Virus record (IMG/VR): IMGVR_UViG_3300032317_000216
Span: 32,001-96,000 of that record
From: a virus
Lineage: Duplodnaviria; Caudoviricetes
Direction: 5' to 3' (one strand)
DNA length: 64,000 nucleotides
Of this stretch, positions 47,933 to 57,798 are shown piece by piece. The position numbers were made by a program, and so were the translations under genes. The notes beneath the pieces were generated by a model. The model was not told where the DNA came from and ran no database searches. It saw only the letters and a program-made list of their open reading frames with translations. Positions within the stretch are counted from its first letter, which is position 1; every line of letters starts with the position of its first letter.

Positions 47933-48613
47933 ATGACTGTAGGGTTATTTCAAGGACAACTGAGAGGGTTTAAGCATGCATTTAACTACATCCAAAACAA
48001 CCTCTTACAGCCACTTGAATGTAAAGAGCTAATTTTTTATTTACCAGAAGATGATAAAGATAAAGAAATTGAAAAGTTTATTCCTAGCTCATATAATGCT
48101 CATATAGTGTATGAAAAAGAAATATATCATGATGAAGAAGGGCTTCTAAATACAGATAACTTGACTTACAATGACAAGGGAATTGAATATAATAAATACC
48201 CACTAAGAGGCAGACTTCAGCATTATCTCATTCAGCTTTACAATAAAAAAAGAGTATTTGAGATTTATAAAAATTCTTTCCCTGACTGCAGTAATCATAG
48301 GATATTGTTTATGCGGCCTGATCTTGCTCCGCATATACCTCTTAACCCAAATGAATTAAACTTTAATTGTTTAAATGTACCCAATTGTCCTCAATGGTTT
48401 GGCGTTTACGATAGGATGTGTATTGGTAATTTTAAAAACGTTGAAACGTACTCTCTATTGTACGACAATATAAAAAACAAACCATCGTTTAGCCATAATA
48501 ACCCTGAATCAAGACTTAAGTTCTGGTTAGATTATAACAATATTTGTACTAATATTTTTCAATTAGGTGAAGTATTGCGCGTAAGCATGGATGGTACATG
48601 CAGAGACTCCTAA
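47933..48613 (+). CDS. putative glycosyltransferase-like protein
   Basis: GQLR, MRPDL, DRMCIG, PE..L pattern seen in glycan-cluster proteins. Confidence 0.5.
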   Translation: MTVGLFQGQLRGFKHAFNYIQNNLLQPLECKELIFYLPEDDKDKEIEKFIPSSYNAHIVYEKEIYHDEEGLLNTDNLTYNDKGIEYNKYPLRGRLQHYLIQLYNKKRVFEIYKNSFPDCSNHRILFMRPDLAPHIPLNPNELNFNCLNVPNCPQWFGVYDRMCIGNFKNVETYSLLYDNIKNKPSFSHNNPESRLKFWLDYNNICTNIFQLGEVLRVSMDGTCRDS

Positions 48614-48629
48614 ATTTATAAAAAATATT

Positions 48630-49406
48630 ATGAAAAAGGGGCTTGTAGGTTTTACTAACGAGAAATATATTGCGTTAACAGAAGTTTTTGTTGATTCTGT
48701 TTTAAAATTTTCTTCCTTGCCTGTAACTATAATTACTATGGGATTTGATCACGACTTTAAAAATAGTCGCGTAAATAACAAGCGGGTAGATCTTGAATTA
48801 AATCAAAATTCGTGGGTAGAATCAACCCTCAGTAAGTATATAGCTTGCGCTCAAACACCATATGATGTTACTTTTTATGCAGATATCGACATGGTTATAA
48901 CAAAAAAATTTGACCCATGGTTCAATAGTATTGAGCCCACTGTTGCTTCTCTTGAAAAAATATTTAGCTGCAAACACCCTCATTTTCCTTGCAATGAAAC
49001 TAATCATTCTTTATTACAATTTTTTAAAAAATTTGGTCTCGGTATAACTCCAGATTATATTTTAACTGCAGGGTTTGCTTATAACCACAAATTCATACCT
49101 CGCTTTTTAGACGCTCATAAGAGAGCAATTAGTCTCCTTAAAGACGGTGTTGAATTTCCAACAGGTGAGGAATGCTTTTTGAACGCATTTCTAATGCAAA
49201 ACAACCTCATACAAGACAGCGGGTATGATTATCTGCCAAACGCTGAGCTTTTTGAGTCATACATCAACAAATCCTTAGATGCTAAAAAGTACATACACCC
49301 TATATACCTGGAACAAGGCAGATACATAAATCCCGTTCTTTTTCATGGAAATAAAGATATTAACCGAGCTCGGTATATGATAGAAGAAATTGAAAAACAC
49401 ACTTGA
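48630..49406 (+). CDS. putative GT-A (GT8-like) glycosyltransferase
   Basis: YADIDM (DxD), GEE..LN, LFHGNK. Start ATG 48630. Confidence 0.6.
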   Translation: MKKGLVGFTNEKYIALTEVFVDSVLKFSSLPVTIITMGFDHDFKNSRVNNKRVDLELNQNSWVESTLSKYIACAQTPYDVTFYADIDMVITKKFDPWFNSIEPTVASLEKIFSCKHPHFPCNETNHSLLQFFKKFGLGITPDYILTAGFAYNHKFIPRFLDAHKRAISLLKDGVEFPTGEECFLNAFLMQNNLIQDSGYDYLPNAELFESYINKSLDAKKYIHPIYLEQGRYINPVLFHGNKDINRARYMIEEIEKHT

Positions 49407-49430
49407 ATATTATTTTTTATACACTATCAT
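49403..49430 (+). promoter_or_regulatory. promoter TTGAAT-N16-TATCAT, 8 nt before the DUF366 ATG
   Basis: Same -35/-10 pair and spacing as the gp32 promoter. Confidence 0.65.
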
Positions 49431-49438
49431 AAGCCAAT

Positions 49439-50023
49439 ATGATTATCAATCAAAAAATATACGACGGTAAACTTCTCCACTCACGTTTTGCTTACACTTT
49501 TTTTCGCGATAAAACATTGCCAATTGGTAATATTATTGCTTTCCGCGCTCCAATGAAAGTTGAAGCTGAAGGCATGATTGACAGCGAGGATGTTCTTAAT
49601 AATGACTACATCTATAGCGATGATGCAATAAACTTTCTCTGGGAGATACCTAACCTTGATGCTTTTGGTGCTGTTGCATATCAAAGACTTCTAAATACAC
49701 AAATTGCAAACATTCTAAGCACTCAATACTTGAAGGCACCAATTGAGGTAGATGGTGATGATTTAATTGTTCATAAAGAGCACCAGCAGGGTGGCATTGC
49801 ACAGACAAAAGGTAAATGCAGCGTTAGTATAACATATACAAAGAATAATGTTGCTCTTGGTCATACAGGAATTAATATCACTGCAGGTAAGAAGGCTCCT
49901 GCATTTGCGTATTCTACGAATCTCGCTGATGATCAAGTCACACAGTTTATGAAGACAGTTATTGAACTATTTTACACAATAAACGACGATATCTTTATTG
50001 CTACTACTAAAGTTATTAGTTAA
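49439..50023 (+). CDS. DUF366 family protein (biotin/lipoate-ligase-like fold)
   Basis: YDG..L...FAY, I.AFRAPM.V..MID.ED...I.SDD..FL.E.P...AV.YQRL, DGDDL, K.SVSI, HTGINI. Confidence 0.75.
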   Translation: MIINQKIYDGKLLHSRFAYTFFRDKTLPIGNIIAFRAPMKVEAEGMIDSEDVLNNDYIYSDDAINFLWEIPNLDAFGAVAYQRLLNTQIANILSTQYLKAPIEVDGDDLIVHKEHQQGGIAQTKGKCSVSITYTKNNVALGHTGINITAGKKAPAFAYSTNLADDQVTQFMKTVIELFYTINDDIFIATTKVIS

Positions 50024-50388
50024 TGAGTATATTCGATATTATTGCAGATATTCTTTTTACAAAAAAGAAATCATCTTTAACTAATATTGATAACGAATCA
50101 TCATTTTCACCTTTCATGCTCAATAGATGGATTAGCATGTATTCAAATAGCCTGGCTATTAAGTGCAATTTTTTAAATAAATTTATTGCATGCAACAAGC
50201 AAACTGCTTACACATTATTCTTCAATGTTTTTGATAAAATGCCGCAGAAGAAAATAACATATTATAAAAAAAATAAAGAGAATACTGAAAGTGATGAGAG
50301 AGAACCGATGATAGCCAAGTCACTTGAGCTGTCATATCGTGAAATTAAACTATACCAAGACGTATTGACTTCTCTAAAAAGCGCATAA
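50023..50388 (+). CDS. clamp loader small subunit (T4 gp62-like)
   Basis: IFD.I..I...K, FSPFMLNRWISM, IAK...LS.RE...Y. Confidence 0.65.
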   Translation: MSIFDIIADILFTKKKSSLTNIDNESSFSPFMLNRWISMYSNSLAIKCNFLNKFIACNKQTAYTLFFNVFDKMPQKKITYYKKNKENTESDEREPMIAKSLELSYREIKLYQDVLTSLKSA

Positions 50389-50397
50389 TATATTAAT

Positions 50398-50850
50398 ATG
50401 CCTGCTAATATTGATCTTCTGCCTACACAAAAAAGTTTAATTGATTTATCTGAATTGCCAAAGAATTCATTTAATTCTATTTTCTACGGCTTTAGTCTCA
50501 AGCAATTGCTTGATGATGTCATGCTTGTAAAGTTTGTGGATGAGACAGAGGATGGAACCAATATTATACGAAACGGTATTGTTGTACCTGTTAATGTTGA
50601 TACAAAGGCTTGGCGTATTGGTGAGGTTATTTTAGCCGGACCAAATACCAAACACGCAAAAGTAAGAGATTATGTTTGTTTTCCAAACAACCTTGGGGTT
50701 CCTGTTGCTAATATTTCTGTTGATGGTTATGGCACTTTGAAAAAAGGTATCTTTCTTAATGAACAGCGTATATTTGGTATTTGTTCTGTTATTAATGATA
50801 ATAATTCAGTAGCGGCACATACAACTAAAAAACGAAAAAGCGGTGAATGA
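50398..50850 (+). CDS. GroES-like co-chaperonin
   Basis: LDDVMLV...RNGIVVP...GEVILAGP...VRDYVCF. Confidence 0.65.
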   Translation: MPANIDLLPTQKSLIDLSELPKNSFNSIFYGFSLKQLLDDVMLVKFVDETEDGTNIIRNGIVVPVNVDTKAWRIGEVILAGPNTKHAKVRDYVCFPNNLGVPVANISVDGYGTLKKGIFLNEQRIFGICSVINDNNSVAAHTTKKRKSGE

Positions 50851-51224
50851 AAGTAACTGTATCTACTCTGCGTACTATAGTACAGAGCAATGTTGCTGAA
50901 ATAAAGTTCTTTAGAAGACGCCCTAAGCCTGGATTCCCTGCTACAAGAAGAATGCTCTGTACTACTAGTTTTCCGCTACTGAACAGTACAGAGGGTAGAC
51001 TTGTTTTAAACTATAGACCTACTAACAGACCACCTCGCTTTAACCCAACGCAGAAAGATCTTCTTATAGTATGGGATATTTTCATGCAAAATTACCGTTG
51101 TGTAAATACAGCTGCATGCAATCTTATAACCACCATACCTGCAAATAAAGAATTTTGGAAATATTTTACTCAAAAATTAGCACGCCTAACCTCGCAACAA
51201 AAAATGGCGTTTATGAACAAATGA
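50847..51224 (+). CDS. SH3-like beta-barrel protein (DUF2693/WYL_2-like)
   Basis: EIKF.R...RRMLCT...IVWD....YR. Confidence 0.5.
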   Translation: MKVTVSTLRTIVQSNVAEIKFFRRRPKPGFPATRRMLCTTSFPLLNSTEGRLVLNYRPTNRPPRFNPTQKDLLIVWDIFMQNYRCVNTAACNLITTIPANKEFWKYFTQKLARLTSQQKMAFMNK

Positions 51225-51568
51225 CAACCACTGCCTACATAACAAGCACTGTTAACAAGCATTTACAAAAACATGCTGAGTTTGTCATCGACAGCAAGAC
51301 TATTAAATCGGGTAAAATTCTACTTTTTAGTATAAAAGACTTTTTTTGCGCATTTCTCCTTTATAACGAAACAAAGAAAAAAAGATTTTTGTATGAAATC
51401 CCTTACCCATTCAGCTTTACTGAGAATAAAGATGAACTTATTTTTGATTATACTCTTGCTACATTTACACAAAATAATCCTGCAGTAAAAGATGATTTCT
51501 TAAAATTTAGAAATAAAAAGTCATCTAAACTGTTTAATAAAAAAGTAAAACTCAAGATTTTCATTTAA
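51221..51568 (+). CDS. hypothetical protein
   Basis: ATGA overlap with the upstream gene; start taken as 51221. Confidence 0.55.
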   Translation: MTTTAYITSTVNKHLQKHAEFVIDSKTIKSGKILLFSIKDFFCAFLLYNETKKKRFLYEIPYPFSFTENKDELIFDYTLATFTQNNPAVKDDFLKFRNKKSSKLFNKKVKLKIFI

Positions 51569-51599
51569 CTTCATAAAAAGTATACTATAATATAGTACT

Positions 51600-53231
51600 G
51601 TGCTTAGTCGATATTTAAATCATTTTCCAAAAGAATATAACCCCTCACCTCAGCAAGTAAAACTCATTAAACATGTTGAAAAGGCTTTTAACAAAGGTAA
51701 GAAGTTTGTCATAGCATGCGCACCAACTGGATCGGGAAAAAGTTTTCTTGCCAAGACACTTGCAGGGCTAAGTAACTCGCCTGATCCTGATTTTGTTGAG
51801 TTAGTCAAAACATACAAAGCATACAAACAAGACTTCACAGGTAATTATATTCATGAAGCTGAATGTCTTAATACACCAGCTGCAGGCGCATTTGCTTTAA
51901 CCATAACAAAATCACTACAGGATCAATACTTAAAACTATTTGCAGATACAAATCTTCTCAAAGGAAAAACAAACTACATATGCGATGTGGATCAAAATTT
52001 TGACGTTGAGACTGCCCCTTGTCTGCTAGTAAGCAAACTAAAAGATGATTGTTGGGAAAAAAATAGATGTCCATATTATAATGCGCGTAATAGCGCCTTA
52101 ATATCTCAATTCGCTGCTTTAAATTATAAGATGTTTTTATCACTGCCTAAACACTTGAAGCGCAAAAACTTTCTTATTTGTGATGAAGCATCAGAGCTTG
52201 AAGATGAACTAGTAAAACAGTTTTCAGCTGAAGTAAACTATGAAAGACTCAAAAATTATGGAGTAGAATATCAACCACTTACATCTGAATCATATGAAAA
52301 AGCGCGCAACTGGGTTAATATCTTATCTCTTAATATTAATGAAAAGATTGACACTCTCATTAGTAAAGCAAGTAAAAAGCAAAACTCTCTCTCTCAGCCT
52401 GAGCGTATAAAACTTTTATATCTAAAGAATGTTTCAAATTCTTTATCTTCAATTGACTTGCTCTGGAATGACTGTGAATTTGTAGTTGATAGAGATTCAA
52501 AGAAAGCTACATTCACACCACTAAAGATTGACAAGCTGTCAAAAAATGTCTTTGATTATGGTGACAATGTTCTTCTCATGTCAGCAACAATCATTGATCA
52601 TAAAAACTTTGCAAAAACTCTTGGCATAACAGATTATGAATATGTAGAAGTGGATAGTGACTTCGAAGCCTCAAAATCACCTATACACGTTTCTTCTAAA
52701 CACAAATTAAACTATAAAAACTTAAAAGTTGTTCTGCCTGATATCATTGATCAAATAAAGCAGATTGTAGAGTTCCATAAAAACGATAAAGGCATCATAC
52801 ACACCCACACACAAGAGATAACAAATCTTCTTAGAGATAAATTACAGACAAACAGAAGATATCTTTTTAGAGATGCTACATCTAAGAATGAAGATATATT
52901 AAGCGAGCATTTTAAAGCAGATTTTCCTACAATACTTGTGTCCCCTTCGCTTTCATATGGTATTGATCTAAAAGATGATTTAGCTAGATTTCAGATAATA
53001 GTTAAACTGCCTTTCCCGCCACTCTCTAGCAAAAGAATTAAACGTTTATTTGATATTGATAAGAACTGGTATGAGAACAAAATGCTTAACTCTATAGTGC
53101 AAGCATGTGGTAGAGCCACCAGAAGTAAGCACGACTATTCAACAACATACATACTTGATGGAAACATTGTAAATACATTGAAAAGAACAAAAGACAAGCT
53201 TCCCCGTTATTTTATTGACAGGGTTTGTTAA
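51600..53231 (+). CDS. DinG/XPD-family helicase
   Basis: APTGSGKS, LQDQY, KGKTNYIC...C...C...CPY Fe-S cysteines, DEA, MSAT, GIDL, QACGR..R, ILD. Confidence 0.88.
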   Translation: MLSRYLNHFPKEYNPSPQQVKLIKHVEKAFNKGKKFVIACAPTGSGKSFLAKTLAGLSNSPDPDFVELVKTYKAYKQDFTGNYIHEAECLNTPAAGAFALTITKSLQDQYLKLFADTNLLKGKTNYICDVDQNFDVETAPCLLVSKLKDDCWEKNRCPYYNARNSALISQFAALNYKMFLSLPKHLKRKNFLICDEASELEDELVKQFSAEVNYERLKNYGVEYQPLTSESYEKARNWVNILSLNINEKIDTLISKASKKQNSLSQPERIKLLYLKNVSNSLSSIDLLWNDCEFVVDRDSKKATFTPLKIDKLSKNVFDYGDNVLLMSATIIDHKNFAKTLGITDYEYVEVDSDFEASKSPIHVSSKHKLNYKNLKVVLPDIIDQIKQIVEFHKNDKGIIHTHTQEITNLLRDKLQTNRRYLFRDATSKNEDILSEHFKADFPTILVSPSLSYGIDLKDDLARFQIIVKLPFPPLSSKRIKRLFDIDKNWYENKMLNSIVQACGRATRSKHDYSTTYILDGNIVNTLKRTKDKLPRYFIDRVC

Positions 53232-53242
53232 TAAATAATATA

Positions 53243-54061
53243 GTGAAGAATTACACTTATCACTTTGAGATAAAAGATCTCATCACTCAATTTGTTAATG
53301 CATTTGATAATATTGTTATTAAGCGATTTGATATGAACAGATCAGCAAAAAGTAGTATTCAAGTGAGATATGTATATTCACCAAAACAAAGAGTGATGTA
53401 TGATTTGGTTAATAGAGCTCAAAATTTAACTGTGCCTGTTGTTGCAATTAGCATTGCAAATGTATCACGTGATGAAAACCGTGTGTTTAATAAAATAGGT
53501 GGTTTTTATTATTCTCAAGGCAACACCCTGGCTACTGAAACAGCTAAAAGCGATTTCTATAAAAGCCCCGTTCCAGTTAATATTACTATTAACATGTCAA
53601 TACTGACAAAGTTTCAAACTGATATGGATCAAATTATGTCAAATTTCATCCCCTACAATAACCCCTATATTATAATATCATGGAAAGTACCTGAAGCTAT
53701 GGTTGAAGACGGGTTTTCAGTGCCACAGGAAATACGCAGCGAGGTATTGTGGAACGGATCAATAGCGCTCTCGTACCCCACAGATATAGCTGCTTCTGAA
53801 AAGTATAGAATTGTAGGTGATACATCCTTCACCATCAAGGGATGGTTGTTTGGTGATCCTATATTCCCTGCAAATAATATATTTTATATTGACAGTAATT
53901 TTTATAATGTATCAAGCTTGCTTGATACAACATACGATCAGCTCACTTCTACTTCTTTTACCTACCCTGCTTCTGCAAATCTTACTAACGACCTAGAGAC
54001 AGTATCGATATCTGCATTCCCTCAAACAACTAATTTTGATTATACATTTCAAAACATATGA
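53243..54061 (+). CDS. tail terminator / sheath stabiliser (T4 gp15-like)
   Basis: YH.EIKD.I..F..AFDNI, V..VYSPKQ, PVPVNI...I.TK.Q.DMDQI, FTIKGWLF; TAAATA 5 nt before GTG 53243. Confidence 0.75.
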   Translation: MKNYTYHFEIKDLITQFVNAFDNIVIKRFDMNRSAKSSIQVRYVYSPKQRVMYDLVNRAQNLTVPVVAISIANVSRDENRVFNKIGGFYYSQGNTLATETAKSDFYKSPVPVNITINMSILTKFQTDMDQIMSNFIPYNNPYIIISWKVPEAMVEDGFSVPQEIRSEVLWNGSIALSYPTDIAASEKYRIVGDTSFTIKGWLFGDPIFPANNIFYIDSNFYNVSSLLDTTYDQLTSTSFTYPASANLTNDLETVSISAFPQTTNFDYTFQNI

Positions 54062-54393
54062 ACTATGTAACATTTACTTCACCTAGCACTGCATACCTTT
54101 CTTTTGGTGGTTACTTTTACGACAGACTCGCATTTGTCCTTTTAAGCTCTACAAACAATACAATGTTTCCTTATATTTGTTCTATAGCATATTTCACTGA
54201 CAATAAAACTCTTTCCGCTTCTATACCGCCCATATCTGGGTATCCCTATAATAACTACTTTATACAGGGGGAGAATAAGCTTGTTATATATTTATCCAAC
54301 CTGCCCGGACCTGGTGTATACGATGTTATTGTAGGTAATGCTGCAGGTTACTCTAAATTATCCACTAAAAACTATCTTATATCAACATATTAG
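54058..54393 (+). CDS. hypothetical structural protein (Ig-like beta composition)
   Basis: PG.YDVIVGNAAG motif; coupled to the gp15-like gene. Confidence 0.5.
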   Translation: MNYVTFTSPSTAYLSFGGYFYDRLAFVLLSSTNNTMFPYICSIAYFTDNKTLSASIPPISGYPYNNYFIQGENKLVIYLSNLPGPGVYDVIVGNAAGYSKLSTKNYLISTY

Positions 54394-54434
54394 ATAGATA
54401 TTTAAAAGATTTAGTATATCATAAATAATACTAT

Positions 54435-56213
54435 ATGGCGGACTCTAATCGCGAATCTACGTTCGGCAGAGACTTAATGAAGTTTGTCTCTTCAAAACTT
54501 CCATATCAACAAGTTGATGTTAACGATAAAATAAACACTCTCAACCCCAAGTACGAGGTTTTTTATGATCAAGGTACAAAAAGAGCTGATGCCCTGGCTA
54601 GACAGTCAATATCTAATACAACCTTTTATACTGATGATCTGTTTGGTAATGTCTTACGTGATAAGAACTATCACGAATTCATGTATGCAAACGTACAGCC
54701 TGATAAAATACGCCGACTCATGGATTACAGAGTCATGGCTGCTTTTGCAGAAGTTGCAGATGCACTAGATGAAATTTGCGATGAGTTTATTAATAAAGAT
54801 GAGAATGGTGATATCGTCAAACTTATCTTTAAAGATTCAGATTTATCTGAGACACAAAAAACAAAATTAAGAAAAGAATTTCAAAAGTATGTAGGTTTTT
54901 TTGATCTTGAGACCAGAGGGTGGGAATATGTTCGTAACATGCTTGTAGATGCAGAAATTTATTTTGAGCATATTATTCATAAAAAATATCCTAAAGAAGG
55001 CATTCTCGGTGTACTTACCATTCCTTCTGATACTATTGATCCTGTTTATGCAAATGTTCAAAATATGAACATCAAAGGATATCTTCTCCGCAAACCAGTT
55101 TATGATTTAAAGAACCCTTCTAAAGTTGCCAAGACTGAATTAGTACCAATGGATGTAAATCAAGTAACATATATTAATTCAGGAATTTGGAATGAAAACA
55201 AAACAGTAAGACTGCCATTCATCGAGAATGCGCGCCGTGCTTATAGACAGCTATCACTTATAGAAGATGCTATTGTAATTTATCGTTTAGTTAGAGCACC
55301 AGAGCGCTTAGTATTCAATGTTGATGTAGGTAACATGGCTCCACCTAAAGCTGAAGCATATTTGCGCAAGCTTATGACCAATTACTGGTCCAAGAGAACC
55401 TTTGATGCAGATCAAGGCGCATCTGTACAAAAGTTTAACCCACAATCAATGTTAGATAGTTTTTGGTTTGCTAAGAGAGCCGGAAGTGAAGGTACGACTG
55501 TACAGTCTTTGCCTGCAGGTCAAAATTTAGGTGAACTTGCTGATCTACTTTATTTTGTTAAGAAATTATATAAAGCTCTTAAAGTACCTACAAGCAGAGT
55601 TAATCCTGATGATGTATTTAATGATGGCGCAAACATACTGAGAGAAGAGCTTAAGTTTGCAAGATTTGTTATTAGATTGCAGCAAAGATTTGCTGCAGGC
55701 TTGAAGAGCGGGTTTATTACACAACTAAAACTCAAAGGCATTTGGGATGAGATGTCTCTTAGGGATGATTATCTTATCCTTGATTTTAATGTGCCAACTA
55801 ATTTTTATGAATTGCGCGAAAATCAGAAATTTGAATTAAAAGCTAATAGCTTTAATACTATCACGCAAAGCGATCTTGTATCCAAGACATATGCACAAAA
55901 GAAGTATTTAGGATGGAGCGATTCTGATATCATGGCCAATAGAGAGTTCCTTAGAAAAGATAAGGAATTAATGTGGGAATTAGCACAGATAGAAAACGCA
56001 GGACCAAATTGGCGCAATGAAGGGGCTACAGTAGCAGCACCAGGAGAAATGGGTGGGGGTGCAGGTGCTAGTGCTGCACCTGCAGGTACACCACCAGCTT
56101 TTGGACCCACACCAGAAACACCTGGTGAAGCAGAGACTGCAGCTGGAGGAACTGCTCCAGAAACAGCACCAGAAACAGCTCCTGAAGCTGGCGGATCTGC
56201 GCTGCCTACTTAA
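54435..56213 (+). CDS. portal protein (T4 gp20)
   Basis: YR.MA...EV.DA.DEI, QLSLIEDAIVIYRLVRAPER.VF.VDVGN.PPKAE.Y, LKVP.SR, REELKF. Confidence 0.96.
   Translation: MADSNRESTFGRDLMKFVSSKLPYQQVDVNDKINTLNPKYEVFYDQGTKRADALARQSISNTTFYTDDLFGNVLRDKNYHEFMYANVQPDKIRRLMDYRVMAAFAEVADALDEICDEFINKDENGDIVKLIFKDSDLSETQKTKLRKEFQKYVGFFDLETRGWEYVRNMLVDAEIYFEHIIHKKYPKEGILGVLTIPSDTIDPVYANVQNMNIKGYLLRKPVYDLKNPSKVAKTELVPMDVNQVTYINSGIWNENKTVRLPFIENARRAYRQLSLIEDAIVIYRLVRAPERLVFNVDVGNMAPPKAEAYLRKLMTNYWSKRTFDADQGASVQKFNPQSMLDSFWFAKRAGSEGTTVQSLPAGQNLGELADLLYFVKKLYKALKVPTSRVNPDDVFNDGANILREELKFARFVIRLQQRFAAGLKSGFITQLKLKGIWDEMSLRDDYLILDFNVPTNFYELRENQKFELKANSFNTITQSDLVSKTYAQKKYLGWSDSDIMANREFLRKDKELMWELAQIENAGPNWRNEGATVAAPGEMGGGAGASAAPAGTPPAFGPTPETPGEAETAAGGTAPETAPETAPEAGGSALPT
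56151..56186 (+). repeat. 3x 12-bp imperfect repeat encoding TAPE-TAPE-TAPE in the portal tail
   Basis: actgctccagaa acagcaccagaa acagctcctgaa. Confidence 0.75.
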
Positions 56214-56224
56214 TAAATAATTAA

Positions 56225-57313
56225 ATGCCTTGTACAGACATCACCCCAATTACAGCTTTTCAAAGCACAAATCTAAACAGTAAGATTTGCTCTTTTAACA
56301 GGCTAGGCGAGAGAATTATGAGAGCTCTAGGAGCTCCATTGATAACAGTTGAAATACATCACGATCAATTGTATGAAAACATAAGTTTAGCGTGTGAGAT
56401 GTTTTCTAAATTTGCAGGCTATACAGAAGAATATCTTGTATTTGATTCTGATCTCTATAAAGATAATAAAGGTCTAAAACTTGACGAGCTCTTTAGTATC
56501 ACACCGTCCTTTAACAAAGTCATAGATCCTGCAGTACCCACTGTCTATGTTGCAAGAGTCTCTATACCTGGAACTACGTTTTCAGCTTCATCGTCTCTTT
56601 CTGCAACATATGAAAGTGGTATTTTTAAAAACCAAATATTTCAATCCACAGCTTATGCCTCAATAACAAGCTTCAGCTCTGCCTTGAGCTCATCATTTGA
56701 TGCATCAGGTTCAAGAGATTGCAATACTGAAAAATTTGTGAATAGTTTTGACTATGATACAATGGATTATAGAAAAGTTCTTGAGATTGTAGATTTTGAA
56801 GAAGGTTCTTCCAGTGGTGTAAATACTCTGTTTACTATTGAACAAACTTTGGCCCAGCAAACATATTTCAGCTACGCAATGGGTAATTATGGTTTCGATC
56901 TAATCAGCTGGTATGTTCTCAAAAACTGGCTAAAAGATCGCGAAAAACTACTAGCACAGAAAAGATATTTCACATTTGATCAGAGAACACAATATCTTAC
57001 ATTTTACCCACCACCTCGCACACCTGGCTCAGGGTCACGCTTCTATGGCATTATTTCCTGTTATGTGGAACGTCCCTTGAGAGACATAATTAAAGAACAA
57101 TGGGTATATCAATATGCACTGGCATTATCCAAGATAACAGTTGGCACCATAAGAGGTAAATATCAGGGAACAAATCTATTCGGCGGTGGCACAATAAATG
57201 CAGCCATAGCAGAAGATGGCAAAGCTGAAAAAGCACAACTTGAAGCTACTCTCATGCAACAAGGAGCTGCAGGATTTGGTGATGCTGCACCGCCCATGTT
57301 CTTTGTTGGTTAA
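56225..57313 (+). CDS. neck protein (T4 gp13-like)
   Basis: RALGAP.I.VE..DQL, W..QYALAL.K..G..RGKY...GG.TIN. Confidence 0.85.
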   Translation: MPCTDITPITAFQSTNLNSKICSFNRLGERIMRALGAPLITVEIHHDQLYENISLACEMFSKFAGYTEEYLVFDSDLYKDNKGLKLDELFSITPSFNKVIDPAVPTVYVARVSIPGTTFSASSSLSATYESGIFKNQIFQSTAYASITSFSSALSSSFDASGSRDCNTEKFVNSFDYDTMDYRKVLEIVDFEEGSSSGVNTLFTIEQTLAQQTYFSYAMGNYGFDLISWYVLKNWLKDREKLLAQKRYFTFDQRTQYLTFYPPPRTPGSGSRFYGIISCYVERPLRDIIKEQWVYQYALALSKITVGTIRGKYQGTNLFGGGTINAAIAEDGKAEKAQLEATLMQQGAAGFGDAAPPMFFVG

Positions 57314-57315
57314 TT

Positions 57316-57774
57316 ATGTTACCTCTTAAAAGAGATGAAAAGTATCGCCAAGGTATTTTCACACCTGTAAATAAATCTAAATACATTGGCAAAGATTTAC
57401 CTGTGTTTCGATCTGGTTGGGAATTAAAGTTTTTTAGATGGTGCGATAACAATCCAAATGTGCTTGAATGGGCAAGCGAATCAGTTATTATACCCTACGT
57501 GAGCAAGGCGGATGGTAAGGTGCACAGATACTATACAGATGGTATTGTTGCAATAAGAGAGGGAAATAATGTAGCAAAGTATATTATTGAAATAAAACCA
57601 TCATCGCAACTCAGTGTTCCCACTAGTGGTAACAAGAGAAAAAGCACAATAAACTATGAAAATTATAGGTATTTACAGAATATCTCCAAGTGGGAAGCGG
57701 CAAAAAAATGGTGTGATAAGAGAAACATGAAATTCTTAATATTAACAGAAAAAGAGCTAGGTCTTAGAAAATAA
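57316..57774 (+). CDS. head completion nuclease (T4 gp4, TnsA-like)
   Basis: QG.F.P.N..KYIG, RSGWE..F..WCD.NP.V..W.SE..IPY, HRYY.D, IEIKP, KW.AA, F.ILTE. Confidence 0.92.
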   Translation: MLPLKRDEKYRQGIFTPVNKSKYIGKDLPVFRSGWELKFFRWCDNNPNVLEWASESVIIPYVSKADGKVHRYYTDGIVAIREGNNVAKYIIEIKPSSQLSVPTSGNKRKSTINYENYRYLQNISKWEAAKKWCDKRNMKFLILTEKELGLRK

Positions 57775-57798
57775 TGCATTCTTTTAATAAATAATCAT

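Noticed and set aside
36784-49406. Bacterial O-antigen/capsule locus (host contamination or chimeric assembly)
   Set aside because: There are no wzx/wzy/ABC export genes, the island uses the same phage promoter motifs, and it joins phage genes seamlessly on both sides.
57316-57774. TnsA-like transposase suggesting a mobile element
   Set aside because: The motifs and position in the head module match T4 gp4 head-completion nuclease; no TnsB/TnsC or terminal repeats are present.
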